DNA of 64,000 nt, taken from Candidatus Omnitrophica bacterium UBA6253 (GTDB lineage: Bacteria > Omnitrophota > Gorgyraeia > Gygaellales > Profunditerraquicolaceae). A model generated the notes under the pieces. It saw nothing but the letters and a program-made list of their open reading frames with translations. It was not told the DNA's origin and ran no database searches. Below, piece after piece: positions 37,214 through 49,400 of the stretch; within the stretch, counting starts at the first letter, position 1; every line of letters begins with the position of its first letter. Where the stretch lies: assembly GCA_002441245.1 (NCBI GenBank), contig DJVP01000008.1, positions 234,540 to 298,539 of the forward strand, in the 5' to 3' direction. A program made the translations under genes and the position numbers.

Positions 37214-38059
37214 ATGGTTTTATTGCTTAGTATTGTGATTTTGTGTTCAATTATTTTGTTATCTTTGAGCATCCTGCCTTTTTTCATGCAAAAGATACAA
37301 TCCTGGCAGCAAAAGCAGGAGGTTTTAGTTGCTAAAGAAATGGATAAGATGTTTTATGATAAGAGCCCTAAGAGGATTGCCATGCTTTATTATATCCTTC
37401 CCATTTTCTTTGGGCTTAGCGGGCTCATCTTTTTACGTTCACCGTTTTTTATGATTTTTGGCGCGCTTATCGGCCTGGCTACGCCAAGCTTAATTCTTAA
37501 GATGCGTTTTAAACGCAGAGTCCAGAAATTCAACGACCAGCTTTTGGATTCTATTAACATGCTTACTAGCTGTTTAAAAGGCGGCTTAAGCTTATTACAG
37601 GGGATTGAAGTATTGGTGGAAGAGATGCCTGCGCCAATTAGCCAGGAGCTAGGTTTGGTGGTAAGGGAAAATAAAATGGGTATTTCTTTAGAGGAGAGCC
37701 TTGTCCGGCTGAATAAAAGGATGAATCTTGAGGAACTTGGCTTGGTGGTTAACGCGCTCTTAGTTGCCCGTGAAACAGGCGGGGAGTTGACCAAGGTTTT
37801 TAGCCGCCTAAGTGTGACTATAAGGGATAATCACAAACTAAAAGAAAACATAAAAACACTTACTTTGCAGGGGAGAATGCAAGGGTATATTATGTCGTTT
37901 TTGCCGATTATATTTGTTGCCTGGGTCCTTTCAGTTAATAAGCACCATTTTGATATTATGATGAATAATGATTTGGGCAGGATGCTTTTGGTGGGGGCGG
38001 TGATATTGCAGGTTTGTGGAATGTTTCTTATCAGGATGTTTAGTATAATTAAAATATAA
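37214..38059 (+). CDS. tadB: Flp pilus assembly inner-membrane platform protein TadB (T2SSF domain)
   Basis: LSLLQGIEVLVEEMPAPISQELGLVVRENKMGISLEESLVRL...LLVARETGGELTKVFSRLSVTIRD is a GspF-like domain flanked by TM helices. Confidence 0.75.
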   Translation: MVLLLSIVILCSIILLSLSILPFFMQKIQSWQQKQEVLVAKEMDKMFYDKSPKRIAMLYYILPIFFGLSGLIFLRSPFFMIFGALIGLATPSLILKMRFKRRVQKFNDQLLDSINMLTSCLKGGLSLLQGIEVLVEEMPAPISQELGLVVRENKMGISLEESLVRLNKRMNLEELGLVVNALLVARETGGELTKVFSRLSVTIRDNHKLKENIKTLTLQGRMQGYIMSFLPIIFVAWVLSVNKHHFDIMMNNDLGRMLLVGAVILQVCGMFLIRMFSIIKI

Positions 38060-38061
38060 AT

Positions 38062-38919
38062 ATGGATATTTTGATTTACCTTTTGATTATTTCCGCGGTT
38101 GTTTTAATCGCCTGGGCAATGGCCTCTTCCTGGCGAGTTTCAGCTATGCGGTTGAAGCAGGATAATTTTATTGAAAAAGCTAATAAGCCGTTTTTTGATT
38201 TATCTAAACTTCTTCCTACGCGTGATATCCTTGAAAGAACCGGGCTATTAGTAAAAATAAAGAATAAGATTGATGCAGCCCATGTTAATATTTCTCCGGT
38301 TGCATTTTTTAATTTAAAGATAATCATTATGTTTATCTTTGTATTTTTAAGCGTTATTGCTACCGGCAAAATCGACCCCATCTTTATCTTTATTTCCTTA
38401 GGGATAGGATATATTGCCCCTGAAATTTATTTAAAGCAAAAGCTTGCCAAGCGTAAAAACCTGATTTCGCGCCGGCTTCCGGAAACAGTGGACTTGCTAG
38501 GACTTTGCATTGAGGCAGGGCTGGACTTTGTAAGCGCGGTTAGATGGGTGATTGATAAGACTCCAGGTACAGCGATGACTGAAGAGCTGGCATTTGTAGT
38601 TGAAGAGATAAAGTGGGGAAAACCGCGTATTCAGGCTTTAAAGGATATGTCTCGTAGGCTGGATATCCCAGAAATGACCTCATTTGTTCAAACAATTATT
38701 CAGGCAGACCGTATGGGAACTCCGGTTGCAGAAGCCTTTACTATAATCTCTGAAGATGCCCGTGCTCAAAGGTTCCATCGCGGGCAAAGGATTGCCTTGC
38801 AAGCTCCTATCAAAATACTCCTTCCTCTTATATTTTTCATTATGCCTGTGATTGGTATTGTAATTGGAGGTCCAATCCTGCTTCAGTTTATGCAGGGTGG
38901 CCTTACCGGCCTTAAGTAA
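38062..38919 (+). CDS. tadC: Flp pilus assembly inner-membrane platform protein TadC (T2SSF domain)
   Basis: LPETVDLLGLCIEAGLDFVSAVRWVI...ALKDMSRRLDIPEMTSFVQTIIQADRMGTPVAEAF is GspF-like with TM helices. Confidence 0.75.
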   Translation: MDILIYLLIISAVVLIAWAMASSWRVSAMRLKQDNFIEKANKPFFDLSKLLPTRDILERTGLLVKIKNKIDAAHVNISPVAFFNLKIIIMFIFVFLSVIATGKIDPIFIFISLGIGYIAPEIYLKQKLAKRKNLISRRLPETVDLLGLCIEAGLDFVSAVRWVIDKTPGTAMTEELAFVVEEIKWGKPRIQALKDMSRRLDIPEMTSFVQTIIQADRMGTPVAEAFTIISEDARAQRFHRGQRIALQAPIKILLPLIFFIMPVIGIVIGGPILLQFMQGGLTGLK

Positions 38920-39020
38920 GGGACGGTTCCTTCTTCTTTTATTCATTACACCCCAGTAAGTTATAATAATATTAAAATACTTTAGTTAGATTATTCTCCT
39001 TGCTGCGTCAATTGTAGTAA

Positions 39021-39593
39021 AAGCAAAAGAGATTTTATTATGCCAGGGAGTCAAGATTAATTCCGCAGCATGGAGCGTTGCATGTAATATGCAGAGGAAA
39101 TAATAAGAGGAAGGTGTTCATAAAGGAAAATGACTATGAATATTATTACCATTGTCTTGTTAAATTGAAGAAAGAAGAAGGGGTAAAGATTTATCATTAT
39201 TGTTTGATGCCTAATCATCCACACCTTTTGGTTGGGGTTGAGGAGGGAAGTAACCTTTCGCATTTTATGTAAAGAGTAAATGGGAAATATGTATATTATT
39301 ATAAGAAGCGACATAAGTACATAGGCCACCTTTGGCAAGATAGATTTAAGAGCAGGATAGCAGATGATGAGGGATATTTAGCTCAATGTGGAAAATATAT
39401 AGAGCTTAACCCGGTAAGAGCCAAATTAGTAGATTTTCCAGAAGAGTATAATTTTTCAAGCTATTGCCATTATGCTTTTGGAACGAAAGACGTGCTTATA
39501 GATGACAATCCTCTATTTCTGTTTTTAGATGAAGATCCTCTTAAAAGATCTGTCATTTATAGAGAAATAATCCGCGCAGAAATGATGTTGTAA
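39021..39593 (+). pseudogene. IS200-like / REP-associated tyrosine transposase (RAYT, COG1943-like) pseudogene with in-frame TAA and no canonical start
   Basis: One frame reads ...ARESRLIPQHGALHVICRGNNKRKVF...YHYCLMPNHPHLLV (HUH motif)...SHFM-TAA(39270-39272)-RVNGKYVYYYKKRHKYIGHLWQDRFKSRIADDEGYLAQCGKYIELNPVRAKLV.... This matches the RAYT pattern (PQHxxxRGNNRQ, HxHLL, WQxRF, YIxxNPV). No in-frame ATG lies upstream of the conserved N-terminus. Confidence 0.65.
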
Positions 39594-40198
39594 CATTGTG
39601 TAGTCTTAACAATGGATGGGGGGGTCGCGTTTTGCCTTTGATTTATTGTGAAATATAGAGCACTTAGGAAGCGCACTGCATCCTTCTTCCTGTTCTATGG
39701 TGATGTTCTTGGATCATATATAAATATCTGGTTTTAATCAAGTATATTTTCTTAGAATTGCATCTTGTTAATTACATAATTATATACTACCGATTTTTCT
39801 CGAATATTATTATATTAATGGAAGTATCAATTCTAACCTTGTTGTAACTTTATGCCATTTTGAATGATAAGAATGAGATAACCGTCCCTATTATTTGTCC
39901 AATCTGTATATAACCAGCTTTATTAATGTCCACTCTACATATATAATTGTCCAATCAGTTCTAATTATCTTATATTAACCTAAAGGCTGTCAAATAAAAA
40001 CGATTAGATGGGGCTGAATTGTTAATTATACTTTATGTTCCTGTATCCAGGCTTGTTAATTTAATTAAAGCTCCCTAGGATCTGGTATCTTAAATAGATT
40101 TGACTTAAATTCTCGCCAATTTTAACCCCCAATCTTGAGTCTTATTTTTGGCCGTTTTCAGGAAAAGAAAGCGTTACCAAAAATAGCATATTTTATAC

Positions 40199-40226
40199 TT
40201 GACAGCGACGATCTAGGTGTTATACT
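40199..40226 (+). promoter_or_regulatory. near-consensus sigma70 promoter (TTGACA, 16 nt spacer, TATACT) ~270 nt upstream of the giant ORF
   Basis: cTTGACAgcgacgatctaggtgtTATACTttgg. It predicts a long 5' UTR. Confidence 0.45.
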
Positions 40227-40498
40227 TTGGTGTAAATTGAAAAGGTTGAAAAGGTAAACTTAGAGTAATCTAAGGACACAAAGCCACGGGTCCTTAAGTC
40301 AAGAAGAAGTCCCAGGGATAGCCGGGTTGCCAATAGCGACGAGAGTTGGAATTGACAACTCGATTTTATTTCAATACTTAGTAAGTAATTTTAAAAAGCG
40401 TTTATTAACTTATGAAGAAAGTGAAAGTAATAAGGTTAATAAAAAGTATTGGGGTAAGGGGAAAGATTTATTTTTTATCTAACACTATTAGGTAAAAG

Positions 40499-43400
40499 AT
40501 GGATAAACTTCAGAAACAGACAGAAGGCCAATTTGAGCAACCAGAAACCAAGCCAGAATTTAAATCTAGCTTTAAGGCTTGGATCCGCGTGGTTGCTTTT
40601 ATTGTTGTAGCGGTCTTCTTGCCAGAACAGGTAGCTCAGGCAGTAGAATATGACTGGCGTATACTTTGGAATAAGCCGGTAACAGGTAGTATAGCTCCCA
40701 GCTATTTAAAAGATCTTTCTGGTATCGATACTGCTCTAGCCATCCGTAATATTCTTAAAGATATAGCAAATAAACCAATAACCGCAATCAAAATATCGTC
40801 CAATCTGACCATAGGTTTAGATAAGCCTCTAGAAATGTCCAATCAGAAGATTGATGAAATCTTCCAATGGTTAAAAGGCCGGCCCTGTGGCTCTAAGGCC
40901 TTATATGATTATTTAAATTATACCGGCTTGAAAGTAACTGAACAAGATATTGCTATACTGGCTTTGACAATAGACATCTTAAATGATGTAGTTAAGCCGG
41001 AAGGCAACCCCGAAGTTATTAAAACTTCATTGTACGCCCTTTCTAAAACCTCTGAGTTTTTTGGCCAAAGGCTTTATTCTGTGAAATTAGACTTAAATAA
41101 CCTGGATAAGAAAATAGATCTGACTCCATTTATTGCGCATGTTAATGGCGACCACTATGTTTTAGTAACCCATATCAGTCAAGACAAGGTTTATTTTAGC
41201 GATAACCATACAGAAGAGTTTTTGCCTAAAGAGAAGTTCTTAAATGAGTTTACTGGTTATGCTTTAATTAGCAAGCCGATGTCAGTGGATTTGGAGATAA
41301 GCGTTAGTCAAGCCAAGGCTGTTTTGGGCAGCGGCAGAAACCCTGGCCGGTACTCCAACAGCGTGAATTGGTCAAAATGGTCCAAGAATATGACTACGAG
41401 TATCCTTGTTAATCTTGGCATGAATATGGTTAGTAGTTCGCTCTCTGGCGGTTGGAAGAATATCCCTAGTAAATTATATGATAATTTTGGATCAAGTATA
41501 GTGAGTGGTGTTAAATCCATGGCTGTAAGCTACGCGGTTCAAAGCTATGTTCAGGGTGTGGCTATGGAGAATAATTGGTCCTCAGATAAGGCTGCTTTAG
41601 TCGGTTCTGCTCTAGGCGGTTTTGCAGCAGGCCTAACTACCTCGATAGGGGCAATGAGCGGTAAACCTTCACTTAAACTTTCTAATTGGACTGGCGGGGC
41701 ACTTGGTAATGCATTTCTTGGGGGTGTGACTACTGCTATTAGCCAGGCTACTGCTACCAGAGTCTACCTGTCTTTATATGATAAGAATGATACGCGAACG
41801 AATGCCACTGCGCAGATAGGTTCTTTGGCTGCAGGGTTGCTTATGATGCAGGCAAGCAAAAGCTTAGTTCCCGGGGCATTTGGTATTGACAGCTCATCTT
41901 TAACCAAATCTAAAGCTCCTTTTAACTTGGGTGATTTTTGGAAAAACAATCGGACAACAATTTTCTCAGGTGTTGGTGGAGCTGCCTTAGGAGCAGCTCT
42001 TTACTCTAATAATCGTGTTGCCGGTGCCTTGATTGGTGCTGGCGTAGGTGCAGGCGCAGGGTATTTGGTGAGTAATCGCGCTGTTGTACTGGATACTATT
42101 AAAAATAATGCCATGCCTATGCTTATCGGAGGGGTTGCAGGAGCAGCTATGGGGGCTTTTACTGGTTCAGATGGTTCAGAACGTGCAATATCTGCTTTGG
42201 CCGGATTTGGATTAGGCGCTACTTCAGGGCTGTTGATCAAGAAATATGATTTTTCCGTAATGGGTGGAGTTAGCGGTGCACTCGCTGGTTATATGTACGG
42301 CGGCGATGAGACGAAAGACCGCTTACGTTCTGCAGCCCTAGGTTTTGTTGGAGGAACAGCAGTGGGTGCTTTTGTTAATATCATTGATGATATGGAGAAG
42401 AGGCCTTATATGGAAAAAGGGCTGAAGTCGCACTTAACTGAGGCTGGAAAAACATCTCCGGATGGAAAAGAGTTCCTAGGCTATGCAGAAGGAAGCGATA
42501 AATTAAAAGAATATGCAAATAGAGAATATAAATTTGAACAAGGTACAAGCTACGGTGACATTATGAAATATATTACCGTAAAATCAGGGGCTATCCTATT
42601 AGAAGAAGGTTTTCGTTCTATGAAGTATGATAAGGTTAAGAAAGAAGGGGAGTCCCGAGGGTTAAAAGATACTGACCTGGATGATTATATTGGCGATGAG
42701 ATGGGCAAATATGAAATATATTATTCCGGCCTGGGAGCCGGATATGAGATTTTAGGTACAACCAGCTATAGCAGTAAAGACAAGTGGTATACCATGCTTG
42801 GTCAAGGTCTTTTGCAGGGTGGGGTTTCCGTTGGTGTGGCAATGTTAAGAAATAAGCTTGTGAATAATTACGGAATAGACCCGGTTACTGCTTCAAATGC
42901 AACTATGTGGGTAAGCGCAGCAGGCCGGGCACTCACCGATACTCTTATTCACGGGGATTCATTTTATTATAATTCAGATGAAAAAACAGGCGAGTTAAAA
43001 GAGAGGCCGGGTTTTGGGGGATATATTCAGCAAGGTACTAACAAAGCGCTGAATTTTGGCTGGGGCGCTAAGGATAAAATGTCCGATGTAATTACTTATA
43101 ATAACTATGTTACGCAGATAGTAAATTTTGGCCAAAGAGCAGCGAATTCGGCAAATGGCGGCTTTGCTGTTGTCTATGGCCAGCACCTGGCGGATTCCTT
43201 CCATTATAGCACAGTGGAAAACAGCCTTGGATTAATAAATAATTCGTATATAGTAGCAAAGATTATTACTGGTCAAGCTTATGAGAGAGTTCGCGGGAAC
43301 ATGTCTGAATTGGCTAGCGGCGCCAAGAGCGATACCGAAGTAGATTTTACTTTGAAGCTCAAGTTGTTTGGTAAGAAGATATTTGAAGATGGCGAGTTGT

Positions 43401-46400
43401 TAAGCAAGGCTCCGCAACAAGAGAACCTAAAAACAAAGATAGATGGCATAGTGTTTAATAAGGATGAAGGGTATAGATTAATTACTAATATTGATAAGCC
43501 GGGAGAGGGTATTTATTATTATGAAACTCAGAGAGAGTCTAATTCTTCTCCTCTTCCTGAGAAAAACCGCGCGCTCACTAATACGGATGTATACGCGATA
43601 TCAGTACCGATTCCCGGTATAGAGGATAAAGCATACGGCAAGCTCTATAAAGGGGTTTTTGAAGTTGATTATTTAGGGCAAGATAGTAATGGCCGGGCGA
43701 GCTTTTTAGGCCTTGCCGGCGCTCCCGGATCTAAGGTTACCCTGGACTTAAATACCGCTGTTTTGAGCCCTGCGTTGACTGCTAAAATACAGCCTTTGAT
43801 TGCCGGTAATCATGAAGGGAAGATTACCATTACTACTACACGAGATAATAATATTACTTTGTCTTTTGGAAAAGCTGGAGCAGATAATAAACTTGTTGCA
43901 GAAAATACAGCAACAATTAGTAGAGCAGAGTTAGCAGAATTTAAACAGGCTTTGGCCCCGTGGAGAGATTACCGCGGCGCCGGATTCAGTGAAATAGTAG
44001 CGCAGGATAAAAAGGTTTCTCATGTTAACAGTCCTACCGGATTTCTTACAAACGGCCTCATGGTAAACAGCTCCCCCCTTGAGTTAAATAATGTAAAAAT
44101 TAATGGCACCCTTTCTCATCAAATTGAAAGTGCAAAAATAGAAATGTGGCAGTCTTTAGATAATAGTAATAAATGGAATATTCATCCTCTTACCAATTTA
44201 TTAACCGTTGCCACGATTAGTGGCGGAGTTTCTCTTTTACCTGAGAAAGCAGATTCACTTTATTTCTACAAGCAAGCAGACCGTTCAAGATTTGGAATTT
44301 TACTTAATGTTCAAAATGGCATTGGAGTCAACAGCTTTTTCTCAGCCGCGAATTCGCAGGAAGCAAAAGTGAATAAACCGAATATTCTGGATTATAAATA
44401 TAACTTTTTTGGCGAGGGCGCACAAAGCTCATTATTCGGGTTCAACGGCCTAACGCAAAAATCACCTTTTGGTTATTTCGCCTATAACTATCAAGATTCA
44501 ATAAAGGTTAAGGACGAGTTGGATTTACTTGCAAAGGAGAAAGAACCCGCCGAGACGCCTATAAGCGGGGAATTAACAAGCACCTTTATTCAGACTAATG
44601 GCAGCTTTGATAAGCAAACCGAAACATTCAAGGTTGATAATGCCATGATAATGCCTGGTTCAACCCTGCAAATAGAGCTTGGCCAGGATCAAGATGGCAA
44701 ATGGAGAGCGACTTCTTTGCATGAAGCAGATAAGGCAAAGTTCTCGAATTTTCTTACCGCGCAACTTCCTGCCAAATTTGAGAAAGCAGTCAAAGAAAAT
44801 AAATTAACTAATTATATCGTTGAAATACAAAGAATAAAGCCGGGTGAGTATAATGTTAACTTCTTTAAGAATTCTGCTGATCGCGAAGCCATCAGGCAGA
44901 TAGGAACGAATTCTCCGCTTGTTATGAAGATTGATGAGGCTGATTTGAATGATTTGGTAAAAGCAGGGGTTCCTATCGGGGACAACTTGTTATTTAATGT
45001 TCAGGGGACCATAAATTATAAAAGGAATAATGAAGGAAATTATGTTTCAGATATTATCTATCAGCAGAAAAATCTTGAACAGCCGGCGTTAGTAATGCCG
45101 ACTAAAGCCACGTCTATTGAGGCAAAGGCAGCAGGCGTCTCGGGGGGGGAGGGCGTAGTTAACGTTAAGCTCTTCACTTTTAATCAGATAACCTATAACG
45201 CAGAGAAAAATAGCAATACATTTAGTCTGTATCCCCTGGCTTTATTGCAAGGCGAGGGGACCTTGAGCAGCACCTACCTTAACAACATGAATAAAACACC
45301 GATAGACTCGGTTTTCTTTAATATTAAGAGCCCCTCGCTTGCTCCTGAAATGGGCGTGATTGCCCGGGTTACCCGAGGAACAGACGATACTATTTTTCAT
45401 AATAGGAACTTAGCTCCCACTCCCACTTCTTCCGGAGCCGCTACTTCAACAACTCAGGCCAATGAATCAGCTATTCCCACTCGCGCGCCTTTGACTGACT
45501 TGAACGTGATTAAAACCCATAGCGATGCTGTAATAGAATTAGGCAAAGGGACAAACCTGCAGATGTTATTAGGCGTAACAGAAATAAATGGAGTCCAGGT
45601 TTGGCAGGCGCAGTCAATGGCCGGTTTCATCGGTAACACCATTACCTTGCAAAAAGATACCTCTGTTGTCTGGGGTGAAACACTTAGTTATAAAGGGAAA
45701 GAAAAAGACGTATTCGCAACATTCCATATCGGAGAAGAAAAACGCGACGGCAAGCTGGTTCCTATTATTGACCGTGTTACTTCCAAAATTAACTTTGAAA
45801 GAAAAGATATTGCAATTGGCGATAAAGATGTAACGCTGCTGGGAACATTGCAGCAAGGCAAAAATAGAAAAGTTGAGCAGAAATTCGAGAAGATTAAATT
45901 TGGCGATAGAGAATACGGGATTAAAATGCAGGTTAATGACGGGTTCCTTATCAAGGGTGCCCAGAGTAAATTTTATATTATAGGTAAAGGCTTCCAGAAT
46001 GAGGCAAAGATAACTACCGAAGACGGAAGAACCTTCACGCTTAAGGCAGGCAAATCAGCGGGGATAAGTGTTTTTGATGAAACGGGCAAAAAGCAGGTTG
46101 GGGCTTTAACCGACAAGGGTATTGTTTTCTTTGAAATAGACAAAATCAGGGCTTCGATGCAGGAGCTTGCTGGATTTTTTGAGAAATCCGAAGCCTCCGG
46201 GGCTGATTTTGATAAGGCAAGGAATATTTTCGGCCGGGCAAGAAAGGCGTTTAATGAAGGTGATTATGTTAATGCTATTGATGCATTAAATAAGGCCAGT
46301 AAGGAAGCTACCAGGCAGCAGAACAAGAATCTTATGGAGCAGCTACGCACTCAAAATCTTATACCCGCGGGTTATAGTTTAGATAAAGATGCGCAGAATG

Positions 46401-49400
46401 GTTATAAACAGCTGGCGGCAATTGTTGAAGAATACAAGAAAAATGGCGGGCCTTCTACAGTAAGGGAACAGGTCAAGGAACGCCTTAGACGAGATATTTC
46501 TGTATTGGAAAATGAACAGCGCAGTCTTGTAGCTTCTTCAGCGGATAAAACAGAAGTAGATCTGGCGGCAAGAAAAATAGCAAAAGCAAAAGAAGCATTG
46601 GGGCTTTTGGAATCCTCTGATCCGCAAAAAACTACTCAATTAACGCGCAGGGTAAAAGACCTCGAATCTGCGTTTGTATCCCAGGAAACAAAATGGCGCA
46701 ATGAGTTGGCGCGCAATGGCGACATGCCGGATCAAGGAATCTGGGCTGGTATATGGGGAGCAGTCGCTGTTAACAGGGATGATAGTATCAGGGAGGAGAG
46801 GGATCGCAGGGCGGTTGATTTAACCTATGCACGTGTTGCATTAATCGGCTTAACTGCTACCGGAGCTAAAGATTTATATGATTTGGCTTCCAAGATTAAT
46901 AGCGAGTTGAAGATGGAGGATAGGGGGACTGCCCGCCGCCATGAAACCGAAATGTCCGCTGTTAAAGTTGACGCCAACGCCCTGTCTTTAATCATGAACA
47001 AAAAAGCGGTGGTAGAGGAAACCTTCCTTATAAAAGACGTAGGGTATGTAACCAGGGGGTATGATGAGAAAGGCAACCCTTACGAAGTGCTTACCGAACT
47101 GGCAGCCCTTAAATATGATGGCGGCCGGTATGCGCCAAAATACGCAGTAAAAGTCATTGATCTTGAGAGTGGAGGTCATATTACCGTAAAGCAGGAAGCT
47201 TTTGGCAGGACCAGGGTCTATAACGACCAGGGCGGGGAGATTATGGGTAATGTTGTTGCTAAGACCACTCAGGTTAAGGAAAACGATAATGTAATCGGCA
47301 ACATGCAAAAAGTGGTAACTCCTTCCGGGGAGATTAAATTCATTTTTCAAAGTAAAGATAGCTCTATAGGCACCCAGACAGTAGCTGCAAAAGAGGTTAT
47401 ATTTGAGCAGTCACAAGTTGATAGAATGTCTTTTAACTTGCCTAATGGAAAAGAGCTCTTTGTTGCCGCTGATGGCAAGGTAATGAATGGTTTTGAAGAG
47501 TATAACGCCAAGAATTATGAAGCAGCTGATGATGTGCAAGAAAACACATACTTCCGTTACGGCAACAGAGATATGTATTCAGGGGTTACTTTTGGACACT
47601 TTAGCAATTCAAGTGATTTAAAAAGAGACCTGGAAATAGCTTTAAGAAGTACCGGAACCGGACAGATTTCTCAAGACCGCCTCGCCAATGTGTTTGGAGA
47701 TGCCATTGAAACAAAATATATAAGCCGGGTTAACAGCCTGGCTGTTCAAGCCGGCCTTAATACCATGGATAGCAGCTCTCCTGAGTACGCAGCGGTATAT
47801 AAGAGAATTCAGCGTATTGCCCTTGGAGAATTGTATCGTGAACCTGCTGTGCGCGAGTACATGTCTAAAACAAATTTAGCCCCGGTTGCTTTTGTCGATG
47901 ATGCGATTACATGGGGTTCCACGGCTAAAGTAGGCGGTGGCGTAGGTTTAGTTGTAGGTGGCACCGTGGTGGCTGTTACAGGTGTTGGGTCGGCTCCTGG
48001 CGGTGGAATGGCAGCTGCCGGTTTGACAACTTTAGGTATTGTAGGAAGCGCTGCGGCAATTACTACCGGCAATGCGTTAATTTACAATGGTATTACTGGC
48101 CAGAACATAAGCTCAAATATCCTTCTGGGTGATTTTGCGGTTAATTTGGTTACTGCCGGCCTGGCTTCGTGGGCAAAAGTGATTACTGTAGGTACGGTAG
48201 CTGCGAACGCGACAAGAGCAGAGATAATGACTGCTAAAGTTTTAGGTTATGCAAAAACCGCTCCTACAATAGGGATTATAACCGAGAATGTGGTTAATAC
48301 CGGCAGCATATTATATAGTGGTGAATATATGAGCCCGGCAGGACGTTTGGGCATTTTTGCTACTGCAGGGATGGGGCAATATGTTTTCGCGTCAAAGACT
48401 GCCATGACGATTATGGGAGTTTCTTCGGCTGTTGGCATAGCCGATACGATAATACCATTGCATCAGTATATTGGCGTGGCCAGTAACATTACAGGAACCG
48501 TAGCTGCTCCTTATCGTGGTATTGTCAGGGCAATAGGCAGCTATTATGACAATCCGGATGCTGCGCCTGGCTGGATTTCCCGGGTATATAAAAATCAGGC
48601 CGCTGAAAAAGGTGCATGGGTTTCAAGTTTTGGCAGCGGGGTTATCTCTTCAATGGGCTGGTTTGGCGTTTCCGCGGCACAATCATTCCTGCAGGCAAGA
48701 AGCGGAAGCTATTTAATGCAATTTACGCTCAGGCCGCATGAGCCGGTTATGTCCATTATTCATTTAGCCAGCATTTTAAACAGTGATACCAGCGGCAATA
48801 GCAAGTTCACCATGATGGATGGTTTTGAATTAGCTGGTAATTTCGCAGGCGGTTTTGCAGGCCTTAAGGGGGTATCTTTACCGAAGACAGGAAGCCTTTC
48901 CCAAACAGGCAGGATAAACGGTTTAATAGATGATTTAAAAGCCTCTAATAGTTTCTTTGCGTCCGCGGTTGATATAGCGCCTAAAATGTATCTTGGGCAG
49001 GTAGGTTTTACTATCGCTACTTCTGCGGTAAAATCTTTAGCAGGTTCACAATCCTGGAGCTCCATTTTTAATAGCTTATCCGGCCAGACAGATTCCTTAT
49101 GGTCCAGCTCAATAGGTTTTGGTGTGTATGCTAAGGCCGTCGTCCCGCAGGTAAAGTCTATAATAAGTAAGTCAGCATTAGCAAAGTCACCGATTACTTC
49201 TTCTCTTGCCATTGGCGGGGTATCCGGAGGAATGGCCACCTTTATTGATTATGCAAACCATAGCATTTCCAACTTCTTTAGCGATAAAAAAGACAGCAGC
49301 TATAGCCTTACCAGAGGAGCGATAGTATTTGCTACGGCATTCCTGGCTGGCAGCGCCCTTGCTTACGGCAGGTCAAAATTAGCTTCAACAGGAAAAGCCA

